27,717 bases of DNA from a virus (Duplodnaviria; Caudoviricetes): positions 1 to 27,717 of the IMG/VR virus record IMGVR_UViG_3300046167_000610; one strand, written 5' to 3'. Shown in pieces: positions 1 to 8,278 of this stretch. The notes beneath the pieces were generated by a model. That model did no database searches. It was not told where the DNA came from and worked only from the letters and a program-made list of their open reading frames with translations. The position numbers and the translations under genes are program-made. The number at the start of each line of letters is the position of its first letter. Within the stretch, counting starts at the first letter, position 1.

Positions 1-252
1 GGTAATGCAGGTATGGTAGGTAAAACAGGTACTGCTAAAAAAGCTACTGCTAAAAAAACTACTAAAAAACAAGGTTATAACGATCGTCTTGACGAATCAC
101 TAGGAATGAGAAGAGGTAAAGCTTCTACTAAGACACAAAGCATGAAGTCTCGCAGAGATGAAAGCAAAGGTGCTAAGAAAGCTGCTGGTAAAAGAGCATA
201 CTCTGGTAACAGATCTAGCGCGCAAGGCAAAAGAGTTACAAGAAAAAGATAA
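1..252 (+). CDS. Small highly basic (Lys/Arg-rich) hypothetical protein, possibly 5'-truncated
   Basis: Frame is open from base 1 (GNAGMVGKTG...); ATG at 13; TAA at 250-252; K/R/A-rich (KKATAKKTTKK). Confidence 0.65.
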   Translation, partial: GNAGMVGKTGTAKKATAKKTTKKQGYNDRLDESLGMRRGKASTKTQSMKSRRDESKGAKKAAGKRAYSGNRSSAQGKRVTRKR

Positions 253-254
253 TT

Positions 255-662
255 ATGGGATACCAGCAACCGTTTAAATTTAATGACGGGGAATCACCTT
301 TTGCAAGAAGAACTAAAGCTGAAAGACAATCAGCAAGAGCTTCTAGAAAAGCAAATCGAGTTGCAAAACGAGAAGCTAGAAAAGGTGCAGAACCTAGAAG
401 AACGATTGGCCCAGGTAAAAATTTCAATAAAGCAAATCCAACAGGAACTGGTGGAGCTGCCGGCGGTGGTATGACACAGAAAGGTGTTAATGAATATAAA
501 CGTAAAAACCCAGGCAGTAAATTAAAAACAGCAGTAACTACACCTCCTTCTAAATTAAAAAAAGGAAGTAAAGCTGCTGGTAGACGTAAATCATTCTGTG
601 CAAGATCACGAGGCTGGACCGGTGAAAGAGGTCGAGCAGCTCGTCGCAGATGGAACTGCTAA
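255..662 (+). CDS. Basic hypothetical phage protein with RRKSFCAR...WNC C-terminus
   Basis: 135 aa ORF. The C-terminal MTQKGV..Y.RKNPGSKLKTAVT...AAGRRKSFCARS...RRRWNC pattern is one I recognise from aquatic phage hypotheticals; function unknown. Confidence 0.7.
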   Translation: MGYQQPFKFNDGESPFARRTKAERQSARASRKANRVAKREARKGAEPRRTIGPGKNFNKANPTGTGGAAGGGMTQKGVNEYKRKNPGSKLKTAVTTPPSKLKKGSKAAGRRKSFCARSRGWTGERGRAARRRWNC

Positions 663-669
663 AATAATA

Positions 670-691
670 AAATTAAATTAAATCAAATTAA
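670..691 (+). promoter_or_regulatory. (AAATT)4-AA-ATG leader, probable translation initiation element upstream of groEL
   Basis: aaatt aaatt aaatc aaatt aa ATG; same layout at 7731-7752; no SD motif. Confidence 0.5.
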
Positions 692-2269
692 ATGGCACAA
701 TTCGGAGGCCCTAAGCTTGTCAAGGCTTTATACTTTGACAGTGAGGCAAAAGAACAATTAGTAAAAGGTATAAATAAGATAGCTGATGCAGTTAGCTCTA
801 CATTAGGAGCTAGCGGTAGAACTGTAGTTATAGAAGACGATTTTGGTAACCCATATGTTACTAAAGATGGTGTAACTGTAGCTAATTCTATAATGCTCAT
901 GGATCCAGTGGAAAACTTGGGCGCATCGATGATGAAGCAAGCAGCACAACAGACAGCCAATATAGCCGGGGATGGTACCACCACCTCTATAGTGCTAACT
1001 CAGGCTATTATTGACTGTTATAACAAATTAAAAGCAAAACAATTTTCATTCAGAGATATTAAGAGCGGAATTAATAAATTTAAAGATAACGTTGTAAAAC
1101 TACTAGAATCCAAAGCGATTGATGTAGATGATAAAAAACTAGATGACGTATCTATAATTTCAGCCAACAACGATAAGAAGCTTGGTCTGCTTATCTCTGA
1201 TGCTTTTAAAAAAGCTGGTGAAAATGGTATTGTTACCATGGAAACCTCATCAACAAGCGATACTTATGTAGATGTAGTTGAAGGTACTAGAATAGGTTCT
1301 ACTACTAAATCACCACATTTTTTTACTAATAAAGAAAAAGAGTTATCAGAGCTTGATAATCCACTTATTTTTATTAGTGCTACAGATATACCTAATGTAA
1401 GAAAAATTCAGGACATCTTAGAGCATGCTATTAAGTCAAATCGTAGCATACTACTTATTGCTCCCCTAGAGTCGCAGCCGCTAACGGCATTAGCGATGAA
1501 TATGGTTAAGGGTAATATTAAGGTCAATGTAATAGATCCACCTAGCTTCGGACTTAAGCGTAAGGACATACTTGAAGATCTAGCATTGCTTGTCGGGGCT
1601 AAAGTTTTTGACGAAAGCCTCGGGGACTCGATTGATTCGATAACCCCCGACATGTTAGGAGAAGCTGATAAAGCTATCTCAGATAAAGAAGGTACAGTAC
1701 TTGTTATTTCAGAAAAATCAACAGAAGTAACAGAGCGTATCAAATATTTAAAAACTGCTCTTGGTAAAGAAGATCATCATGTGCTTACTAAGCATTTAAA
1801 TGATCGTTTAGCTTTATTATGTGGAGGTGTGTCTATTATATATGTAGGTGCTGACACAGAAGTAGAATTAAAAGAAAAGCAAGACAGAGTAGATGATGCT
1901 ATCCATGCGGTTAAGGCTGCAAGGAAAGAAGGCATACTACCAGGCGGAGGATCTGCATTAGCATATGCAGCAACTATGGACTGGCAGCATGAGCTTAATC
2001 AAGGCGAACTAGCTGGGCTAAATGTACTAAAAGATGCATTAGTGGCACCATATACAAAAATATTAACGAACGCGGGTTTAGATACAAAATCTTATAAACT
2101 ATCTAAATGGGGTGAAGGTATTGATGTAACTTCTGGTACTAAAAAACAAATGATAAATACAGGTATCATTGATCCGCTTCTTGTAACAAAGAGCGCACTT
2201 AATAATGCAATATCTGTAGCAACTACTATTTTATCAACTGATTGTGTAATTTCAAACGTAAGAGAATAA
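692..2269 (+). CDS. groEL: Group I chaperonin GroEL (Cpn60), phage-encoded
   Basis: 525 aa with STLGASGR, VTKDGVTVA, AGDGTTTS (ATP binding), ISANND, VGADTEVELKEKQDRVDDA, EGILPGGG and GIIDP motifs; lacks the GGM tail. Confidence 0.97.
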   Translation: MAQFGGPKLVKALYFDSEAKEQLVKGINKIADAVSSTLGASGRTVVIEDDFGNPYVTKDGVTVANSIMLMDPVENLGASMMKQAAQQTANIAGDGTTTSIVLTQAIIDCYNKLKAKQFSFRDIKSGINKFKDNVVKLLESKAIDVDDKKLDDVSIISANNDKKLGLLISDAFKKAGENGIVTMETSSTSDTYVDVVEGTRIGSTTKSPHFFTNKEKELSELDNPLIFISATDIPNVRKIQDILEHAIKSNRSILLIAPLESQPLTALAMNMVKGNIKVNVIDPPSFGLKRKDILEDLALLVGAKVFDESLGDSIDSITPDMLGEADKAISDKEGTVLVISEKSTEVTERIKYLKTALGKEDHHVLTKHLNDRLALLCGGVSIIYVGADTEVELKEKQDRVDDAIHAVKAARKEGILPGGGSALAYAATMDWQHELNQGELAGLNVLKDALVAPYTKILTNAGLDTKSYKLSKWGEGIDVTSGTKKQMINTGIIDPLLVTKSALNNAISVATTILSTDCVISNVRE

Positions 2270-2523
2270 TGGAAGCAATTGGTAATTATATAGTAATTGA
2301 AGAGATTCATGAAAACATCAAAAAGACTGATGGCGGTTTAGAACTCACAGAGAAGCTTATGGAGGACATTAGGTACCGGAAAGGTGTTATTATCTCTTCT
2401 GGTCCAGAGCTTCTTAAAAATGGCCAGAGGATACTCTATGATCGCGTAGCGGGCTTTCCTGCAGAGTTTGATAATAAAATATACAAAGTTGTCTCGTTAA
2501 GAGATGTTGTAGCAATATTATAA
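2269..2523 (+). CDS. groES: Co-chaperonin GroES (Cpn10)-like protein
   Basis: Likely start is the ATG overlapping the groEL stop (TAATG at 2267-2271), giving 84 aa: MEAIGNYIVIE...KKTDGGLEL (mobile loop)...KGVIISSG...GQRILY...YKVVSLRDVVAIL. Confidence 0.85.
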   Translation: MEAIGNYIVIEEIHENIKKTDGGLELTEKLMEDIRYRKGVIISSGPELLKNGQRILYDRVAGFPAEFDNKIYKVVSLRDVVAIL

Positions 2524-2972
2524 TGGAAAGATCTGATTTCGCACAACGTGGGGAATTAAAGGTTGATTTCCTAAAATATTATAGACTAGTATCTAGATGG
2601 GCTACAAAAAACAATGATTTAAATGTAGCTGATCTAGAGCTATTGTTTTATTTAGATCCAATTGTTTATTTTACTATAGAAGACTTTAAAACAGGTACAT
2701 TATTTTATACTTGGGATAAAGATAGATTTTATAGGTTACAAAAAAACGGTTGGATAAATAAAATGCACGTAGGAAGAGGTATAAGAGGTGATCACAATAA
2801 ATATAAAGTAAGCCAAAAAGGTAAATTACTTATAACGAAAATATATCGTATTTTAATTGGCGAAGAAGACTTGCCTTATTCAGCACGTAGAAATAAAATA
2901 ATGAAACGTGAAACGTATATAGATAAAGTATACAGCCAAGCTATAAAAGAATTTAACAAACAAAAAAAATAA
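2523..2972 (+). CDS. Hypothetical protein, possible winged helix-turn-helix (MarR-like) DNA-binding protein
   Basis: 149 aa; LNVADLELLFYL...RFYRLQKNGWI...YKVSQKGKLL resembles a wHTH pattern; TAATG-coupled to groES. Confidence 0.5.
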   Translation: MERSDFAQRGELKVDFLKYYRLVSRWATKNNDLNVADLELLFYLDPIVYFTIEDFKTGTLFYTWDKDRFYRLQKNGWINKMHVGRGIRGDHNKYKVSQKGKLLITKIYRILIGEEDLPYSARRNKIMKRETYIDKVYSQAIKEFNKQKK

Positions 2973-2974
2973 AA

Positions 2975-3532
2975 ATGGCAAAAGTAACAATGACTACTAC
3001 AGTCAACACACAAACAGGTACACCTATAAATACATTTGCAATAGGTAATACAGACACTATAAAAGCTGTAGTACTAAGAACTAAGATGTGTGCAGGTGCG
3101 TATATGTATACTCAAGAAAATTTATCGCTTACAATAGCCGATGGATCTCAAACAACTGCTACTATTCCTGGAAGTGACCCAACACCTATAGCCGGAAGAG
3201 GTGCAACTATGACTGTTGAATCTTCTGATACATCAGCTGCTACTCTTATAGAAGGTATAGACTTTACAATAAGTGCTAAAACTATAACATTTACAACAGC
3301 TTATACAGGTAATAACAAAGTAACAACAATAACTTATGATTACTATGATACTGATGCTGCTAATTTAGTATATGATGTACCAGTTTATCCATCTAACACT
3401 AAAGGAACAATAACAATTGATGGTTTAAAATTAGTTGTTTGGAATGAAGGTATATTAGCACAAGAGGTTAAATCTTGGGCAACCTCAGGAACAGCTAATG
3501 GAGTAGTTCAAGCTTTAATAACAGACGCGTAA
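2975..3532 (+). CDS. Hypothetical Thr-rich beta-strand protein, probable virion/tail component
   Basis: 185 aa, T/A/G/I-rich; LIEGIDFTISAKTITFTTA..G...TITYDY resembles Ig-like structural repeats. Confidence 0.6.
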   Translation: MAKVTMTTTVNTQTGTPINTFAIGNTDTIKAVVLRTKMCAGAYMYTQENLSLTIADGSQTTATIPGSDPTPIAGRGATMTVESSDTSAATLIEGIDFTISAKTITFTTAYTGNNKVTTITYDYYDTDAANLVYDVPVYPSNTKGTITIDGLKLVVWNEGILAQEVKSWATSGTANGVVQALITDA

Positions 3533-3543
3533 TAAAAAACAAA

Positions 3544-3690
3544 ATGAAAAAAGGATTAAAAATTACACCAGAAAATGTATTTACGAAGCCTCTAAAAGTA
3601 GAGCAAGCTCCGATTACAAACCCAAATCAATCAATGCCTATTACTCAGAAAGTTAAAATGAGTAGCGGTGGAACTAAATTAAAAGGATAA
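3544..3690 (+). CDS. Small hypothetical protein (48 aa), not in ORF track
   Basis: A-rich leader, then MKKGLKITPENVFTKPLKVEQAPITNPNQSMPITQKVKMSSGGTKLKG*; fills the gap between neighbours. Confidence 0.6.
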   Translation: MKKGLKITPENVFTKPLKVEQAPITNPNQSMPITQKVKMSSGGTKLKG

Positions 3691-3691
3691 G

Positions 3692-5806
3692 ATGGCTAAA
3701 ATCAGTACATATACAATAGACTCTACTATAGAAGGTGACGACAAGTTACTTGGTACTGATTCTGCATCAACCTCAGCACTTGCTACAAGAAACTATACAA
3801 TTGACAGCTTAAAGGCTTATATTCAAACTGGATCTCCTGCTAATATTACAGACACAATACCTTTAGGTTTTGCACTTACTGTAAATAGAGAAGGTACAGA
3901 ATATGAAAGAGCTTTAGTGAGAACCCTTGCGGGATCTACTCTTACTAATGTTGTTCTTAAAAGTGCTACAGTTAATACAGGTTCAGATATATATTTAAAT
4001 ACACTTGGCTCCGGTCAAGTTTTTTTAATTATAAGGGATTACAACAATGGCCAGTTTGCTGTTGATTATGACTTAGCAGATTTTGCAGCTAACTCAGCAA
4101 CATGGTCAGGAACAATAGGCGGTGTTGCACATACAGGTACAGTTACTACGTTTAATGCACCTAATTTTTCAAATGCTAGTCCAGCAGCTAATGATACTCA
4201 ATATGTAGGCTCTGGTTCAACTAAATATACAGACTGGGCATTTAATGTAACATTAGACGCAGGTCAAACATATACAGGCGGTCAAGTAGCATTTACAGAA
4301 TTTACTTTTTTAACAGGTGCTACACAAATTGAAACTCAAGCTGTAGGTACACTTAAAGTAACGCGTAACATTGAAGTGCCAGATGGTGATGTAACAATAG
4401 GTACGGTAACACCTACAACAGATCCACATAACCTTACAGTGTATGGTGATATAAAACTACCTACATCTGAAAGTCGTATAAAGTTTGGTGGTGATACTAA
4501 CAATGTGCTAATGAGCACAGATGGTAATGATCTTACTATTTCAGGAACTGGAACTGGATCTAACCTTGTTGCTAACAGCACTAGATTTACACAAGATATT
4601 ATAAAAGATACTAATAATATTTCTACTGATGGTAGAACTATTATGGGTCAAAATACATTTACAGCTATTAACACTGATGGCACTAGAGGTGTGCTTTCTA
4701 ATCAAGGAGTTGAATTACAAAACTCTTCAGGTGTAGCTTTATCTGAACAACAAGTATCAGGTAACGCACCTCAAGGTAGTTTAACAAATCAAGGTTTTCT
4801 TACGTCTATAAAAGTAGATAATAACTGGTTTTCACTGCCAACATTATCTGCAGGTGTAGCAGAAGCTTTACCAGGACTTAGTGAAACTTTAGCTGGTCCA
4901 CCTACAAACATAACTACAGGCCGTTTATTTTACGGTACACAAAATGCTGCAGGAGCTCTTTTCCAAGCAGTAACATCACCAACATCTTTAACCACAGGCG
5001 AGTCTATTGCTCAGAATGCTACATCATTTATTTTATCAAGTGGTAATAGAACTGACTTTGCATCTATATTTGCAGCTGTACCTACAGGACAAAATTTATA
5101 TTTTGTTGATAGTACATATACAACTGCTTTTCCATCTGCTGGTGGTCAAATATTAGATCAATCTGTAAATATATATTTAGTTGTAGCTTATAACACTACA
5201 ACATATGTAGCTACATTTGGTAGACAAGGATTTGGTACTATAAATATATCAACAAGTACTTTTAATATTGATTCAGAAACTGTTAAATTAAACAGTATAC
5301 CACAAGCTGCTAAAGCAAATTATTTATATTACGATACAGCTACTAAAGCTATATCTCATAATCCTCTTAGTGTACTTGGATCAGCTAATGGTGCTACATA
5401 TGACTTTGGTGGTAATACTGATGTACCTGTTGTATCAATAGATTTTGATAACTTAGTTATATCAGCACCTGCTAATGGTGTTGTAACTTTAAAACAAGGA
5501 CATACTTACGGAGGCGCTTTAACAGCAGATACAACTGCTGTAAATTATAATCATTATATATTAAGCAATATAACAGCTGATAAAACTTTAACTCTTCCTG
5601 CAGGAACTGTAGGCGACAGCATAAAGTTAACTAATATGTCTTCTTTAGATGCTTCTGGCGCGTATGTACAACCATCATACATTTGGTCTATAGCAACTAA
5701 TGGTTCAGATAAAATAATGCGAGCTAATAGTTTAACTCTTGATGCTTCTACAGAATCTTTTGAACTATTATATACAGATGCTGCTAACGGATGGGTAATA
5801 AATTAA
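3692..5806 (+). CDS. Putative tail fibre / structural protein
   Basis: 704 aa, T/S/G/N-rich. N-terminus is paralogous to the 9152 protein; C-terminal TLTLPAGTVGD...NGSDKI...ELLY...GW domain is shared with other fibre genes here. Confidence 0.7.
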   Translation: MAKISTYTIDSTIEGDDKLLGTDSASTSALATRNYTIDSLKAYIQTGSPANITDTIPLGFALTVNREGTEYERALVRTLAGSTLTNVVLKSATVNTGSDIYLNTLGSGQVFLIIRDYNNGQFAVDYDLADFAANSATWSGTIGGVAHTGTVTTFNAPNFSNASPAANDTQYVGSGSTKYTDWAFNVTLDAGQTYTGGQVAFTEFTFLTGATQIETQAVGTLKVTRNIEVPDGDVTIGTVTPTTDPHNLTVYGDIKLPTSESRIKFGGDTNNVLMSTDGNDLTISGTGTGSNLVANSTRFTQDIIKDTNNISTDGRTIMGQNTFTAINTDGTRGVLSNQGVELQNSSGVALSEQQVSGNAPQGSLTNQGFLTSIKVDNNWFSLPTLSAGVAEALPGLSETLAGPPTNITTGRLFYGTQNAAGALFQAVTSPTSLTTGESIAQNATSFILSSGNRTDFASIFAAVPTGQNLYFVDSTYTTAFPSAGGQILDQSVNIYLVVAYNTTTYVATFGRQGFGTINISTSTFNIDSETVKLNSIPQAAKANYLYYDTATKAISHNPLSVLGSANGATYDFGGNTDVPVVSIDFDNLVISAPANGVVTLKQGHTYGGALTADTTAVNYNHYILSNITADKTLTLPAGTVGDSIKLTNMSSLDASGAYVQPSYIWSIATNGSDKIMRANSLTLDASTESFELLYTDAANGWVIN

Positions 5807-5810
5807 CAAC

Positions 5811-6125
5811 ATGGGACTAACAATAGATTTACCAAGCGCTGGACTCCTAGGGATATCAGGCGCACAAGCATTTGAAATAACAGCTAATACCACAATGGGT
5901 ATTAACAGAATATATGTTTGTAAACAAGCACCAGACTTTACAATAACACTTCCAACAACAATAACTGCTGATGGAGGTGAAGTACTTGTAAAAAAAGTAG
6001 GTTCACAAACTGTAACAGTAACCGCGGCGCTTATCGAGGGTACTAATCAATCACTAACAATAACTAACAACCAAGCAGTAAGATTTGTATATATCAATGC
6101 TACCTTTGGTTGGTTAATAACTTAA
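5811..6125 (+). CDS. Small tail-associated protein (single TITLP...VY...GW domain)
   Basis: 104 aa; FTITLP..ADGGEVLVKK...IEG....LTI...AVRFVY....GW. Confidence 0.65.
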   Translation: MGLTIDLPSAGLLGISGAQAFEITANTTMGINRIYVCKQAPDFTITLPTTITADGGEVLVKKVGSQTVTVTAALIEGTNQSLTITNNQAVRFVYINATFGWLIT

Positions 6126-6128
6126 GCT

Positions 6129-6338
6129 ATGCCAGACGTTAAAACATTTTATCCAGGCGCAACAGCAGGAAATCCAATAAACAATGCTACTGACGCTGTA
6201 AATTCAACAACAGCAACAGTAGGTGATTCTATAGATGATCAAAATCAAACTCCAAACGCTCTTGTTTGGACAGGTACAGCTGCTGAGTATGCAGCTCTAG
6301 GTGCTAAAGATGCTAATACACTTTATTTCGTAATATAA
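6129..6338 (+). CDS. Small tail-fibre adaptor-like protein
   Basis: 69 aa ending WTGTAAEYAALGAKDANTLYFVI, a motif common at phage fibre/minor tail protein C-termini. Confidence 0.7.
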   Translation: MPDVKTFYPGATAGNPINNATDAVNSTTATVGDSIDDQNQTPNALVWTGTAAEYAALGAKDANTLYFVI

Positions 6339-7726
6339 TGCCAATATACAAAGGAAGTAATGAAGTTACCAGTGGTAACCTTAGAAAAGGTTCAACAAAC
6401 ATTGAGAATGGTTACAAAGAAACAAGTCCGTTTTATACTAATACAAATGGTATAACAATAAACTTTGTTGATGCTATTTCTGGTGCTACAATGGATACAA
6501 CTCAGTTTTCTTCTGTAGGTGTACCAGGCGCTTCTTTTTCTTCTTTCAGTAGAACTATTACAGTAGACTCAGGTAGAATATTTTCTACAAATCCTACTGT
6601 TTCCGAATCTGGAGATAGTGGTAATAATGTTACTACATCTATAAGTAGTCAAACATCTACTTCAGCGGTATTAAACGTAAGCGGTACATATCCAACAAGT
6701 GGTGCCACAGTTACATTAACTATAAATGGTGCAACACAAGTACAATTACCAAACCTTGTTGTTACTCAAAATGGAAATTATCCATTAACAACAACTGGAG
6801 ACAGTGCAGCTTTAGGAACATACAACTGGTCTGTGAGTAATAGTTCTGGTTGTGTTGGTGGAACTTCAGGTTCAGGTACAGCTAGTGGTAGCGGTAGTGA
6901 TAGTAGTGATACTTATTATAGTTATAGTAGACCTAATTTAGCAGGTGGACCTTATGGCAATGGATGTGGCGTAACGTGTAGTAGTTCTTTTAGTTCTAGT
7001 AAATCTGGATATAATTCGGGAAGTACTACTTTTACTCAAACAGGATCATATCCTCAAGCAATGTATTCATGTAACGTTACTGCTTCAGGTTTTAGGACAG
7101 AGACTATTAACCAGGTTGTTACTTCATCTTCATGTGTAGATAATACTCCTGCATACTATGGAAGTTCTTTGACGCCAAGTGGCGCATGTGTTATAACAGA
7201 TACTGTTAGTTTTGGGCAGGGTAGTTCTGTTTGTGTTAATGGTTTTACTTGCAGTGGAACAGTCTCTGCAACTTGTCCAGCTGGAACCATACCTAAAAAC
7301 GGATCTTCTACAGTATCAGGTAATACATGCGCAAGTAGAAGTTATACATCAAAAAACGTAACTGGCAGCTTTTCATCTAGTAAAGGATTGTCAGGATCAA
7401 CCTATTTTTATATAAATACAACCGGCTCTATAACTATAACATTAAACAACGATCCTAATTCAATAGTTAGTGCATATGTCATTACAACTTGTAGTAATGG
7501 TAGAGGAGGTAGTAAGACGGACTCGGAATATATGGGTGGTGGTAATGGACAAGGAACAAACCCTATAAATATAAGTGATAATCAAAATTTTAGTTCAAGT
7601 GGATGGGGTACAACACCAGGTTTACAAGCAGGAGATAATATATCTTGTAATGTAAATTATGAAGCAAGAGCTTCTAATTATAGTACAAAAAATTTAGGAA
7701 GCAGTGGAGTGTCGTTTACCCTTTAA
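6338..7726 (+). CDS. Ser/Thr/Gly- and Cys-rich putative receptor-binding/distal fibre protein
   Basis: 462 aa, TAATG-coupled to the preceding adaptor; 12 Cys in the C-terminal two-thirds. Confidence 0.65.
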   Translation: MPIYKGSNEVTSGNLRKGSTNIENGYKETSPFYTNTNGITINFVDAISGATMDTTQFSSVGVPGASFSSFSRTITVDSGRIFSTNPTVSESGDSGNNVTTSISSQTSTSAVLNVSGTYPTSGATVTLTINGATQVQLPNLVVTQNGNYPLTTTGDSAALGTYNWSVSNSSGCVGGTSGSGTASGSGSDSSDTYYSYSRPNLAGGPYGNGCGVTCSSSFSSSKSGYNSGSTTFTQTGSYPQAMYSCNVTASGFRTETINQVVTSSSCVDNTPAYYGSSLTPSGACVITDTVSFGQGSSVCVNGFTCSGTVSATCPAGTIPKNGSSTVSGNTCASRSYTSKNVTGSFSSSKGLSGSTYFYINTTGSITITLNNDPNSIVSAYVITTCSNGRGGSKTDSEYMGGGNGQGTNPINISDNQNFSSSGWGTTPGLQAGDNISCNVNYEARASNYSTKNLGSSGVSFTL

Positions 7727-7730
7727 TAAT

Positions 7731-7752
7731 AAATTAAATTAAATTAAATTAA
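7731..7752 (+). repeat. (AAATT)4 pentamer tandem repeat immediately upstream of ATG
   Basis: aaattaaattaaattaaatt-aa-ATG seen directly. Confidence 0.8.
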
Positions 7753-7983
7753 ATGGAAATAAAAATTTTTACAAAAGACGATTGCAATTTTTGTGATCAA
7801 TTAGATATACCTAAAAAAATAGAAACAACTGTATTTAATATAGATAGCAAGAAATACAGAGGATTTATACCAGAACAAGTGCCTACTTTACAATATGATG
7901 GCTTAAGTTTTCAAGGTCCAGAGGTTATAAATAAAGTTTTAAACTTAGTAAGAAATGCACAAGATGATTACTATAAAAAGTAA
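7753..7983 (+). CDS. Glutaredoxin/thioredoxin-fold protein (CxxC)
   Basis: 76 aa; IKIFTKDDCNFCDQL N-terminal CxxC plus QVPTLQYDG (cis-Pro loop) pattern. Confidence 0.7.
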   Translation: MEIKIFTKDDCNFCDQLDIPKKIETTVFNIDSKKYRGFIPEQVPTLQYDGLSFQGPEVINKVLNLVRNAQDDYYKK

Positions 7984-8119
7984 AGGCTTTGGCGATACTG
8001 TAGAAAAGTTTACATCAGCCACAGGAATAAAGACAGTTGTAAAAGCTGTCTTTGGTGATAATTGCGGATGCAATGAACGTAAAGAATGGCTAAACAAAAA
8101 AATACCATATAAAAATTAA
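7964..8119 (+). CDS. Small hypothetical protein with CGC motif (51 aa; alternative start 7955), not in ORF track
   Basis: MITIKSKGFGDTVEKFTSATGIKTVVKAVFGDNCGCNERKEWLNKKIPYKN*; the KG.GDTVEK..ATGIK...CGC..RK..LN pattern is familiar from aquatic phage hypotheticals. Confidence 0.75.
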   Translation: MITIKSKGFGDTVEKFTSATGIKTVVKAVFGDNCGCNERKEWLNKKIPYKN

Positions 8120-8122
8120 AAA

Positions 8123-8278
8123 ATGGCAAATTTAACAAACATAATAGGTGGTCAACCATACTACGATGCTACTAATGCAAACTCAGAATCTTTATTAAAT
8201 TTCTGGAAAGGTACACAAACTCAATATGATGCTATAGGTACTAAAGACCCTCAAACATTATACTTAATTACAGCATAA
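8123..8278 (+). CDS. Small tail-fibre adaptor-like protein (51 aa), not in ORF track
   Basis: MANLTNIIGGQPYYDATNANSESLLNFWKGTQTQYDAIGTKDPQTLYLITA*; paralogous to 6129..6338. Confidence 0.75.
   Translation: MANLTNIIGGQPYYDATNANSESLLNFWKGTQTQYDAIGTKDPQTLYLITA

Noticed and set aside
2242-2268. ORF-track start for the GroES-like gene at 2242
   Set aside because: The ATG at 2269 overlapping the groEL stop gives a typical GroES N-terminus and length.
688-2310. Minus-strand ORFs antisense to groEL
   Set aside because: Short antisense shadows of a conserved gene, with no recognisable motifs; every credible gene here is on the + strand.
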